Positions 1-9,472 of a DNA stretch of 48,866 bases are shown here, in pieces (the stretch's first letter is position 1; the number at the start of each line of letters is the position of its first letter). The notes beneath the pieces were generated by a model that saw only the letters and a program-made list of their open reading frames with translations, had not been told where the DNA came from and ran no database searches. This stretch comes from Pseudomonadota bacterium (GTDB lineage Bacteria > Pseudomonadota > Gammaproteobacteria > Burkholderiales > JAJZQI01): the NCBI GenBank assembly GCA_021847305.1, contig JAJZTZ010000002.1, forward strand, positions 1 to 48,866, read 5' to 3'. Position numbers and translations under genes: made by a program.

Positions 1-410
1 GGAATACTCTTTTGCCGTGTGAATTTTGCATAATCAGCCCTTTGTGATGAATTCGGAGTTGCTGAACGCGGAGGAGGCAGCTGTGCCGCCCGGAAATACA
101 TATAAAGACGATAGATTCGCAGAGTGATGTTTTGACATAACAAAGGCGAGTTTTTCGCCTTTGCGATAACCCACCAATGCCAATACAGGAGATTTGCGGG
201 AAAACTGCGAAGTTTGACATTGGCCAGAATCGCAGCCACAAAAAGGCAAAAAATGCCCGCTAGCATAAACAGCCAAAAATCTGACCACTCCTGCGGGAAG
301 ATGAGATTTATCGATTGGCCATTGCTTCGGTAGAGTGTGGCGATCATTGATCTTTTCGGCGGATATTTATGCCGAGTTAGGCGGCATTGGCTGAAAAATT
401 ACCTGATCGC

Positions 411-1007
411 TCATGGATGTATCTTTTCGTTTTTTGCCAGCATTTGCACAAATTGCGCAATCTTCTTTGCGCGAGTTTCGGCATTCTTTGCTGTTTGAAT
501 CCTGAACAGAACGGCATATCTATTACGACGATCAAGCGTTTCGAAGAACTGCTTTGCCGGCGCGTTGTCATTCAGGGCTGATTGAAAATCTTCGGGCACA
601 GAAGACCTGCTTGCAGAGTCGTAAGCAGCATCCCAGCGACCATCAAGCTGGGCTCGCTTGATCTCTTTGAGCCCGGCGGGGGTCATCTTGCCTGATTGGA
701 TGAGAGCAAGCGCCTTTTCTTTGTTGAGTTTTGACCAAACGCTCTTCACCGAACGTGGCGTGACCTTTTGCAGCCAGTACTGATCGTCTTGCGCTTTTTT
801 CTGTCCATCGATCCAGCCGAAGCAAAGCGCCACTTCAATAGCCTCATCGTATGACATTGACCGCACAGTCCCCCCTTTTTTCGCTAATTGCAGCCACACG
901 CCGGATGACGTGCTATGGTTTTCCGTTAGCCATTTGAGCCAGTCCGGTTGCTGTTCAAAAAGCCGGACTGGCAGGGTGTCGGGTTTTTTCTGCGAATTGT
1001 TTTCCAT
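411..1007 (-). CDS. YdeI/OmpD-associated (DUF1801-type) family protein, 198 aa
   Basis: ORF track 411..1100(-). Start trimmed to the in-frame ATG at 1007 (MENNSQKK...), where the family-like core begins (WLKWLTENH..GVWLQLAKKG...SYDEAIEVALCFGWIDGQKK...TPR..KSVWSKLN). The family call is from memory of YdeI-like proteins, not a search. Confidence 0.7.
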   Translation of the reverse strand: MENNSQKKPDTLPVRLFEQQPDWLKWLTENHSTSSGVWLQLAKKGGTVRSMSYDEAIEVALCFGWIDGQKKAQDDQYWLQKVTPRSVKSVWSKLNKEKALALIQSGKMTPAGLKEIKRAQLDGRWDAAYDSASRSSVPEDFQSALNDNAPAKQFFETLDRRNRYAVLFRIQTAKNAETRAKKIAQFVQMLAKNEKIHP

Positions 1008-1105
1008 TGCTATGCCTAACTTTGAATTCACAGGCTGGCGCGGCTTGGCGTGCGGATCCGGTGCATAATCAGTTGCCCCATACCGATCTGGCGACTGCAT
1101 GGGGT

Positions 1106-1570
1106 TTATTTCAACGGCAAATAAACATCGGTAATCATTTCTTCTTCATGCACATTCGGCCCGACATTGACGTAGTGGAAGAACATCGGGAAATCGCCGG
1201 GTAACTCGCCACTCATCGGTAACCACGTTTCATACAGATAGACGGCCGCTTTGTTGTTCGAACGAGAGCCAATATCTCGCGCAAGAGCGCAGCGCCGACT
1301 CGGAATGATTTTGTTCAAGATGCCATAAGGGTTGGCCCCAACCTCATGTTCGATGGACAGGCAGAAGTCGACGCGATGCTGGGAGGCTGGAGTAGTCCGG
1401 GGATCCGTGTAATGAACCCCATAGCTTCTGTATTTCGATTGATCCAGAAGGCGGTGCTCAAGTTTCCAGGCGATAAGCTTGCGCGCAGTGTCATATTCGA
1501 GCGCAGGCGATCCATAATGTTCAATTGCAGCAACCTTCGTTTCCGGGAAAACGATAATCTTGACGTCCAT
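1106..1570 (-). CDS. GyrI-like small-molecule-binding domain protein (SbmC/AraC-effector-domain fold), 154 aa
   Basis: ORF track 1106..1624(-). Start trimmed to the ATG at 1570 (MDVKIIVFPETKVAAIEHYG...), a typical opening of stand-alone GyrI-like domains. The C-terminal ...EEMITDVYLPLK is also typical. No HTH domain is attached. Confidence 0.7.
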   Translation of the reverse strand: MDVKIIVFPETKVAAIEHYGSPALEYDTARKLIAWKLEHRLLDQSKYRSYGVHYTDPRTTPASQHRVDFCLSIEHEVGANPYGILNKIIPSRRCALARDIGSRSNNKAAVYLYETWLPMSGELPGDFPMFFHYVNVGPNVHEEEMITDVYLPLK

Positions 1571-1675
1571 AAGAACAGAAATCCTGGTGTGAGGCCTGAC
1601 GTTTGAGATAACCGGACCGCCCAACAGCGCAGCTGTTGGGCGGTCCGGTTGATTGAGGGGTTAGAGTCCATATGG

Positions 1676-2080
1676 TTATGGTTTGACTGACATATCAATG
1701 ACGATGGGCAACGCGCCACTATCGCAGGTGGGCGGTGGTGGCGCGCGAAGCAATTCCATAGCGGCGGCGAAACATGCGGCGGTATTGGTGTTTGGCTCGT
1801 AGGCTATGTGCGTGAACTGGCCGTCTTGTGAGACGTCCGCGACGACGGTGAATTTTTCTGTGCTAGCGCCAGCTCGCGACGTGCACTCTTGCATTGCGGA
1901 CGCCAAAGAGGGGCCAATGGCCGGGTACATCCCATTTTTGAAATACTCGGCGGTGGCCTTCTGCTCTTCAACCCTTTTTGCCAAGGCGACACGCTCCGCA
2001 AACGATGTGGCTTCGGCAGCACTTGCCTGAAAGGCCAAGATGCTGAACGCGACAATGTATGCACGGCATAGGTGGCTCAT
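1676..2080 (-). CDS. Hypothetical exported protein, 134 aa
   Basis: Signal-peptide-like N-terminus (MSHLCRAYIVAFSILAFQASA/AEA) followed by a soluble, Cys-containing body. No family recognised. The palindrome cluster lies directly upstream. Confidence 0.5.
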   Translation of the reverse strand: MSHLCRAYIVAFSILAFQASAAEATSFAERVALAKRVEEQKATAEYFKNGMYPAIGPSLASAMQECTSRAGASTEKFTVVADVSQDGQFTHIAYEPNTNTAACFAAAMELLRAPPPPTCDSGALPIVIDMSVKP

Positions 2081-2098
2081 GGGCTCTAACTCTAATTA

Positions 2099-2235
2099 GA
2101 CACCCTAAAAGGTGTCATCAAACACACCTTCAAGGTGTATAAAAAGGTGTAACTAAAAAATTTAATCATAATATCAATTAATTAGGATTTTTCTCGTCTT
2201 TTAGGGCACCCTAAATGAACCGACAAAGACACCTT
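2099..2235. promoter_or_regulatory. Cluster of ACACCTT/AAGGTGT 7-mer half-sites (putative operator array)
   Basis: ACACCTT on the + strand at 2124 and 2229, plus a 1-mismatch ACACCCT at 2100. AAGGTGT at 2109, 2132 and 2144. These form a perfect 7-1-7 palindrome ACACCTTcAAGGTGT (2124-2138) and GACACC-N6-GGTGTC (2099-2116). A separate perfect palindrome TTTAGGG-ca-CCCTAAA lies at 2200-2215. The 9-mer CACCCTAAA is repeated at 2101 and 2207. The cluster sits 19-155 nt upstream of the ATG at 2080(-). Confidence 0.4.
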
Positions 2236-2381
2236 GCTTCTGGCAGTACTGCAGTATTGGCATGTTCATTTTATTGGTGTTAGGCGTGAGCCTGATCTTT
2301 AGGAATCATATCTTTTCGATGCATTTGTGACAAACTGGTGTGGCTATTCACCGTTTCTCACTTTTTCGGTGCAATGGAAAT

Positions 2382-2414
2382 AAAAAAGGCGAAGGTGTTA
2401 CCCTTCGCCTTTTT
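2382..2414 (-). terminator. Rho-independent terminator after lysS (symmetric, potentially bidirectional)
   Basis: AAGGCGAAGG (2386-2395) pairs with CCTTCGCCTT (2402-2411) around a 6-nt loop. The stem is flanked by an A-run on one side and a T-run on the other. On the minus strand the stem is followed by TTTTTTATTT, 26 nt after the lysS stop. Confidence 0.8.
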
Positions 2415-2439
2415 CTGTTCGCTGCTTACAGCTCGCCAC

Positions 2440-3966
<1,527 letters not shown>

Positions 3967-3970
3967 CGGA

Positions 3971-4312
3971 TTATTCCTTAAAAATGAAGTACACCGCGCC
4001 CATCAGGCACAGTGACGCCCACAGATAATTGAGGGTGAGCTGCTGGCGCATGTAGAGCATGGCAAACGGAGCGAACACGGCCAGGGTGATCACTTCCTGC
4101 ATGATTTTCAGCTGCGGCAGGGACAGCGCGGTAAAGCCGATGCGGTTGGCCGGCACCTGCAGCATGTATTCGGCCAGCGCGATGCACCAGCTGATGAGGG
4201 CGGCCGTCCACCAGGGCTTGTCGGCCAGGTTTTTCAGATGCGCGTACCAGGCAAAGGTCATGAACACGTTGGATAACGTGAGCAGGATGGCGGTTTGCAG
4301 GACGACGGGCAT
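3971..4312 (-). CDS. DMT-superfamily small membrane protein (DUF486 family), 113 aa
   Basis: Four hydrophobic segments and the DUF486-like signature [14 protein letters not shown]...[13 protein letters not shown]...[10 protein letters not shown]. Wedged between prfB and lysS with 23-nt and 4-nt gaps. Confidence 0.75.
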   Translation of the reverse strand: MPVVLQTAILLTLSNVFMTFAWYAHLKNLADKPWWTAALISWCIALAEYMLQVPANRIGFTALSLPQLKIMQEVITLAVFAPFAMLYMRQQLTLNYLWASLCLMGAVYFIFKE

Positions 4313-4335
4313 GGTGACTGGGCCGGGGCAAGTGG

Positions 4336-5440
4336 TTAAACGCCCTGCTTGAGGCTGGCGGCGATGAAGTCGTCCAGCGCGCCATCAAGCACGGCCTGGG
4401 TGTTGCCGACTTCGTGGTTGGTGCGCAGATCCTTGATGCGCGACTGGTCGAGCACGTAAGAGCGGATCTGGTGGCCCCAGCCGATGTCGGTTTTGGAGTC
4501 TTCCAGCTGTTGCTGCTCGGACTGGCGCTTGCGCAGCTCGGCCTCATACAGGCGCGATTTCAGCATGGCCATGGCTTCGGCACGGTTGCGGTGCTGCGAA
4601 CGGTCGTTCTGACACTGCACCACGATACCGGACGGCGCGTGGGTAATCCGCACGGCGGAGTCGGTTTTGTTGATGTGCTGACCACCGGCGCCGGATGCGC
4701 GATAGGTGTCGATGCGCAGGTCGGCCGGGTTGATTTCGATTTCAATCGACTCGTCCACCTCGGGGTAGACGAATACGCTGCAGAACGAGGTGTGGCGGCG
4801 CGCGTTGGAGTCGAACGGCGACTTGCGTACCAGGCGGTGTACGCCGGTTTCGGTGCGCAGGTAACCGTAGGCGTATTCGCCGGAAACCTTGATGGTGGCA
4901 CTCTTGATACCGGCCACTTCACCCTCGGATTCTTCCAGCAGTTCAACGGTGAAGCCTTTGCGCTCGCAGTAGCGCAGATACATGCGCTCGAGCATGGAGG
5001 CCCAGTCCTGCGCTTCGGTACCGCCGGAGCCCGACTGGATGTCGATAAAGCAGTTGTTGGGGTCCATCGGGTTGGAGAACATGCGGCGGAATTCCAGCCC
5101 GCCGATCACCTGTTCAATGGCTTCGGCGTCTGCGGCGACGCTTTGCAGGGTGTCGTCGTCATTTTCTTCGCGCGCCATGTCAAACAGCTCTTGGGCGGCG
5201 GCGATGTCGGATTCGGCTTTTTGCAGGGTGTTGACCACACCCTCAAGTTCGGCGCGTTCGCGGCCGAGGTCCTGGGCTTTTTTGGCGTCATCCCAGATCT
5301 TGGGATCTTCCAGCAGGCGGCTTACTTCTTCGAGGCGGTCTTTTTTGCGGTCGTAGTCAAAGATACCCCCGTAACCCACGTTCGCGCTGGGCGAGGTCGG
5401 TCAGGTGGTTGGACAGTTGGTTGAGTTGTTCTGCTTCCAT
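4336..5440 (-). CDS. prfB: Peptide chain release factor 2 (programmed +1 frameshift)
   Basis: Frame 0 from the ATG at 5440 reads [27 protein letters not shown] then TGA. A +1 shift at CTT TGA C joins the 347-aa ORF (..[12 protein letters not shown]...). The span is 1105 nt, i.e. 368 codons plus 1 skipped nt. RF2 motifs SPF (VRKSPFD) and GGQ ([11 protein letters not shown]) are present. Confidence 0.95.
5356..5362 (-). promoter_or_regulatory. prfB autoregulatory +1 frameshift site CTTTGAC with upstream SD-like GGGGG
   Basis: The minus strand reads CGG GGG TAT CTT TGA CTA C. The in-frame TGA is at 5359..5357. The GGGGG lies 3 nt upstream of CTT, as in the E. coli prfB site. Confidence 0.9.
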
Positions 5441-5475
5441 GGCTGCGTCCGGCAAAAAGTACGTCGAAACCGTAC

Positions 5476-5505
5476 ATTATAACGCAAGCGGGGGTGTGCT
5501 GTCAG
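5476..5505 (-). promoter_or_regulatory. Candidate sigma70 promoter for prfB
   Basis: The minus strand reads CTGACA (5505..5500), an 18-nt spacer, then TATAAT (5481..5476), about 36 nt upstream of the prfB ATG. The -35 element overlaps the recJ stop codon. This is a motif match only. Confidence 0.45.
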
Positions 5506-7205
5506 GCCGGTGCGGCGGCTTCGAAGTACTGCAAAGTCAGTTGGGCGGTACGCTGGCCGTTGTACTCGTTTACCCCTAAACGATACACCGCGTGGATGCG
5601 CTGCGGTAACGGCGTGTTGTGGCGGAACAGCATGGCATCGACCATGTGGCGATTGGCTTGCAGTTGCAGTTTCAGGTGGTTGCCGCCGACTACGCGCTGC
5701 TGCGCCACGGTGAATTCGCCGTAAAACAGCGGCGGGGGGAAACCCTGGCCCCAGACTTCCTGTTCCAGCTGCTCGGCGGCGCGCAGGGTGAGTTCGCTTT
5801 CCAGCAGTTCGCCGTCAATCTCGACAATCTGGTCCAGGTCGGATTTGTTCAGCCATTCCTGCGCCACGCTTTCGAAGGCGGCAGCGAAATCGGCCAGCCG
5901 GTCGGCGACCAGTGTCAGGCCGGCGGCAGCGGCGTGGCCGCCGAAGCGGATGATCATGCCGGGGTGGCGTTTGGCCACCAGGTCGAGCGCGTCGCGCAGG
6001 TGAAAGCGGCTGATGGAACGGCCGGAGCCTTTCAGCTCGCCGTTGTCGCCGGCGGCAAAGGTGATGACCGGGCGGTGAAACTGGTCTTTCAGGCGCGAGG
6101 CGAGGATGCCGATGACGCCCATGTGCCAGTCCGGTTCGAACAGCACCAGCGAGAAGCGTTCACCCGGATCAAACTGCTCCAGCGTGGCCAGGGCGCTGGC
6201 CTGCATGTCGCCTTCAATTTCCTGCCGCTCGCGGTTGAGCCGGTCGAGGTCTTGCGCCAGCTGGATGGCGGCGGCTTCATTGTCGGCCAGCAGGCAGGCG
6301 ATACCCAGGCCCATGTCGTCCATGCGGCCGGCGGCATTGAGGCGCGGCCCGGCGGCAAAGCCGAGGTCGGTGGCGCTGACCTTGGCCGGGTTGCGCCCCG
6401 CTACCTGCAGCAGGGCGACCATGCCGGGGTTGCCGCGCCCGGCGCGCAGGCGTGCCAGGCCCTGGGAGACGAGCAGGCGGTTGTTGCTGTCGAGGCGGGC
6501 GACGTCGGCCACGGTGCCCAGGGCCACCAGATCAAGCAGGGCGGACAGATTGGGCTCGGGCTTGTCGGCGAAGGCGCCACGGTTGCGCAGTTCGGCGCGC
6601 AGCGCCAGCATGACGTAGAAAATCACGCCCACGCCGGCCATGGCCTTGCTGGGAAAGGTGCAACCGGGCTGGTTGGGGTTGACGATGGCGTCGGCCTTGG
6701 GCAGTTCGTCGCCCGGCAGGTGATGGTCGGTGATGACGACCTGCATGCCCAGCTGGTGGGCTTCGTCCACGCCTTCGATGCTGGCGATGCCGTTGTCCAC
6801 GGTGATCAGCACGTCGGCGCCGCGCTGGTGGGCGCTGTTGACGATGGAGGGGGTGAGACCGTAGCCGTCGGTGAAGCGGTTGGGCACCAGATAATCGACC
6901 TGGGCGCCCATTTGCCGCAGCGCTTTGATGCCGACGGCACAGCTGGTGGCGCCGTCGGCGTCGTAGTCGGCGACGATGAGCAGTTTTTTACCGGCGGCTA
7001 TGGCGTCTGCCAGCAGTACGGCAGCCTGCTCGACACCCATGAGCTGGGTGGGCGGCAACAGTTTGTCCAACTGGCCGGGCAGCTGGTCGGCTGACTGAAT
7101 GCCACGGGCGGCAAACAGCCGGGCCAGCAAGGGCGCAATGCCGGCCTGTTCCAGGTTGCGGGCGGCTGCGGCGTCGGCCAGACGGGTTTGCAGAGTGGGG
7201 ATCAT
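5502..7205 (-). CDS. recJ: Single-stranded-DNA-specific exonuclease RecJ, 567 aa
   Basis: DHH-family motifs are present: LIVADYDADGATS, ITVDNG, VVITDHH, and DHHA1 FGGHAAAAG. Start placed at the ATG at 7205 (MIPTLQTRL...), which overlaps the upstream gene's stop as ATGA. The track ORF extends to 7307. Confidence 0.93.
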   Translation of the reverse strand: MIPTLQTRLADAAAARNLEQAGIAPLLARLFAARGIQSADQLPGQLDKLLPPTQLMGVEQAAVLLADAIAAGKKLLIVADYDADGATSCAVGIKALRQMGAQVDYLVPNRFTDGYGLTPSIVNSAHQRGADVLITVDNGIASIEGVDEAHQLGMQVVITDHHLPGDELPKADAIVNPNQPGCTFPSKAMAGVGVIFYVMLALRAELRNRGAFADKPEPNLSALLDLVALGTVADVARLDSNNRLLVSQGLARLRAGRGNPGMVALLQVAGRNPAKVSATDLGFAAGPRLNAAGRMDDMGLGIACLLADNEAAAIQLAQDLDRLNRERQEIEGDMQASALATLEQFDPGERFSLVLFEPDWHMGVIGILASRLKDQFHRPVITFAAGDNGELKGSGRSISRFHLRDALDLVAKRHPGMIIRFGGHAAAAGLTLVADRLADFAAAFESVAQEWLNKSDLDQIVEIDGELLESELTLRAAEQLEQEVWGQGFPPPLFYGEFTVAQQRVVGGNHLKLQLQANRHMVDAMLFRHNTPLPQRIHAVYRLGVNEYNGQRTAQLTLQYFEAAAPA

Positions 7206-8224
7206 GGCAGAAACTGCTTCATGGGTTTGCTGCGGCGCCAGAACTGCCACAGGTTGAGCGGTTTGACGGTGATTTCGGCGTTGACCAGACCGGTGCTGAC
7301 GATGCACAGTGAGCTGATGCGCCCCTTTTTGAGCGCCTCGACCAGCGGGGCGAACCAGTTTTGTTCCAGTTTTTGCATGGATTCGTGCCAGCCGTACAGG
7401 TCGTTGTACTGCACCGCGCCACGGGCATTGTCGAGCACCACCAGGGCAGACGGGTCGTTTTCCGCCAGTACCTCGGCAACGTTGTCCGGCAGGTGCGCCA
7501 GCGGGGTGTCGCTGCCCAGTGCCAGCGCGGCGGCAACCGGGTCATGGGCGTAAATGCGCTGGAACGGCGGAGCGGATAAGGTCGGCAGTGTACCGCCACC
7601 CCATACCCAGACGCTGTTGACCGGCGTTTCGCCGCGTTCCTCGCGTGCTTCGTTGACCGGGTGGCTGAACAGCAGCATCTGGATTTCGTTGAACCAGGCG
7701 TGCCATTTGAGCCCGTCTTCGCCTTTGGGCAGGTAGGGATCGATATGCTTGCCGGCCACTGCTTCGGGCGGCGTGGTGATGAGCCGGGGCGGCTGATCGA
7801 AACGCAGGTACCAGCGCGTGGGGTGCAATGGATAGAACAGCAGGCCGTCTTCGGCGAAATGGCGGTTGAGCGCATCGGTGAGTTCGGTGGCTTCCTGCTG
7901 GCTCAGACTGAAAGCATCGCTGGTGACCAGGCTGAGCTGATCGCGCATAACGTTGAGATAAACCGGGTCGGCACGCAGCCACCATGCGCTGCCCGGCTCG
8001 CCGCCATCCATGGCGAGCGTGAGCGGCGCCAGCGGCGGATTGTCGCCGCTGAGACCGAACTGGCGGCACAGCCAGGCTTCCGCGGAACTGGCGCTCTGCT
8101 TCTGCCAGCTTCCGCGCGACAGCAGCGTGGACAGGGCAGGCAGGTCGACCGACTGATAAATGTCCACCTGGCGCAGCGGCGGGAAAAACAGATCGGGAAC
8201 AAGCAAGGTGACAGCGGGCTTCAT
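7202..8224 (-). CDS. Conserved hypothetical protein, 340 aa (possibly the recJ-linked family sometimes annotated RpfE-type / phosphoglycerate-mutase-like)
   Basis: Long ORF with normal composition, translationally coupled to recJ (ATGA overlap at 7202-7205). The family suggestion comes only from remembering that rpfE sits next to recJ in Xanthomonas. No catalytic motif was recognised. Confidence 0.6.
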   Translation of the reverse strand: MKPAVTLLVPDLFFPPLRQVDIYQSVDLPALSTLLSRGSWQKQSASSAEAWLCRQFGLSGDNPPLAPLTLAMDGGEPGSAWWLRADPVYLNVMRDQLSLVTSDAFSLSQQEATELTDALNRHFAEDGLLFYPLHPTRWYLRFDQPPRLITTPPEAVAGKHIDPYLPKGEDGLKWHAWFNEIQMLLFSHPVNEAREERGETPVNSVWVWGGGTLPTLSAPPFQRIYAHDPVAAALALGSDTPLAHLPDNVAEVLAENDPSALVVLDNARGAVQYNDLYGWHESMQKLEQNWFAPLVEALKKGRISSLCIVSTGLVNAEITVKPLNLWQFWRRSKPMKQFLP

Positions 8225-8269
8225 GCGTCTATTGTACGCGAAGTTGCCGCTGCCGGTGGGGCAGGTCGT

Positions 8270-9472
8270 TCAGGTGGCCAGCAGGCCGATATTTTCGATG
8301 GACATGGGTTTGCCTAGGGCATAACCCTGGCCGATATTGACGCCGAGGTTCTTCAGCAGCTCTGCGGTCTCCAGGTGTTCAATGCCTTCCGCCACGGTGC
8401 GCAGGCCGAGTTTCTGCGCCAGGGCAATGGTCGATTCGACAATGATGCGGTCTTTCTGGCCGTTCCACAGATCGGCGACGAAAGACTGGTCGATTTTCAG
8501 CTCGGTGATGGGCAGCTGACGCAGTTGCTGCAGCGTGGCGCTGCCGGTGCCGAAATCGTCGATGGACATGCCGAAGCCCTTGAGCCGCAGGCGTGTGAGG
8601 ATGTCCAGCGCTACCGTCAGGTTGCGCAAAATGCCGGTTTCGGTGATTTCAATAATGATGCGCTGCGGGTCAATATAGAACTGCCGGATCAGGCTGGTGA
8701 GGTTGTCCGGCAGGCTCAGGTCGGACAGCTGGTCCGGGGAAAGGTTGATGGACAGGGTGCAGCCGGGGGCGATCCAGTCGAGCGTTTTGAAATCGAGCAG
8801 CGAGTGTTCCAGGGTGCTCCAGGTCAGTTCGCCGATCTGGCCGGATTTTTCCGCTACCGGGATGAAGTTGGCCGGCGCGACCATGCTGCCATCCTGCTGC
8901 GGCCAGCGCATCAGTGCCTCAAAGCCGATGATTTTCTGTTCGCCCAGGCAAACTTGCGGCTGGTAGTAGAAGCAGAAATCGCCGCGTTTCATGGCGTAAT
9001 TGAGTTCGGTAGGGGAGATCAGGCGCGATGGGACTGCGTTTTTCTGCCCCAGCGAGACGGTCTGTTGCTGAATTTTGTCCAGAATCGCCTTCATTTCGCC
9101 AATGCGAAAGGGTTTGCTGATGGAGCCGACGATATCCAGCCCGTGGGCACTGGCAAGCTGGTTGGCTGTGTACAGGGTGGCACCGTCAAAGCCGCTCATC
9201 AAAACGATGTGTGCTTCGCTGCGCAGCGAAGCGAGCTGGCGGAGAATTTCGATGCCATCGAGTTCGGGCATGACAAGGTCAAGGACAATGGTGTTGAAAC
9301 TGCCCTGGCGGTAAATTGCTTCGAATTGCCGCGAATCGGTCAGGGTGAAGGGAGAGAATCCGGCCATTTCAGCAACGCTGGCTACCAGGTCGGTTATGTC
9401 TGCTTCGTCGTCGATGACCAACAGGTTGGGTGGCAGGGCAATGTCGGGGGGAGTGGAGGTTGTCGGGGTCAT
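8270..9472 (-). CDS. Response regulator with EAL domain (c-di-GMP phosphodiesterase), 400 aa
   Basis: N-terminal REC domain (LLVIDDE..., phosphoacceptor context IVLDLVMPELDG, SKPF). The EAL domain keeps its full catalytic set: EALMRW, SINLS, EITE, DDFGTG, KID, EGIE, QGY. Its start overlaps the upstream stop (ATGA at 9469-9472). Confidence 0.93.
   Translation of the reverse strand: MTPTTSTPPDIALPPNLLVIDDEADITDLVASVAEMAGFSPFTLTDSRQFEAIYRQGSFNTIVLDLVMPELDGIEILRQLASLRSEAHIVLMSGFDGATLYTANQLASAHGLDIVGSISKPFRIGEMKAILDKIQQQTVSLGQKNAVPSRLISPTELNYAMKRGDFCFYYQPQVCLGEQKIIGFEALMRWPQQDGSMVAPANFIPVAEKSGQIGELTWSTLEHSLLDFKTLDWIAPGCTLSINLSPDQLSDLSLPDNLTSLIRQFYIDPQRIIIEITETGILRNLTVALDILTRLRLKGFGMSIDDFGTGSATLQQLRQLPITELKIDQSFVADLWNGQKDRIIVESTIALAQKLGLRTVAEGIEHLETAELLKNLGVNIGQGYALGKPMSIENIGLLAT

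Noticed and set aside
1-347. An open frame on the minus strand running off the window start (ATG at 347: MIATLYRSNGQSINLIFPQEWSDFWLFMLAGIFCLFVAAILA...), and the overlapping track ORF 34-288(-).
   Set aside because: It has one TM-like segment, but the rest has odd composition (W/Y/C/R-rich). There is no SD and no recognisable family, and two mutually exclusive frames are open. I cannot support either as a gene. It needs the upstream sequence and a database search.
2241-2262. A sigma54-like TGGCAG...TGCA motif (also TGGCAC at 35486-35491, inside the fliC promoter region).
   Set aside because: The spacing between the GG and GC elements does not fit the TGGCAC-N5-TTGC consensus in either case. 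The 35486 hit is simply the spacer of the sigma28 promoter.
2215-2283. A 22-codon mini-ORF (MNRQRHLASGSTAVLACSFYWC) starting inside the TTTAGGGcaCCCTAAA palindrome.
   Set aside because: There is no convincing SD, it is very short, and it has no conservation evidence. It is noted only because it sits in the palindrome-rich gap.
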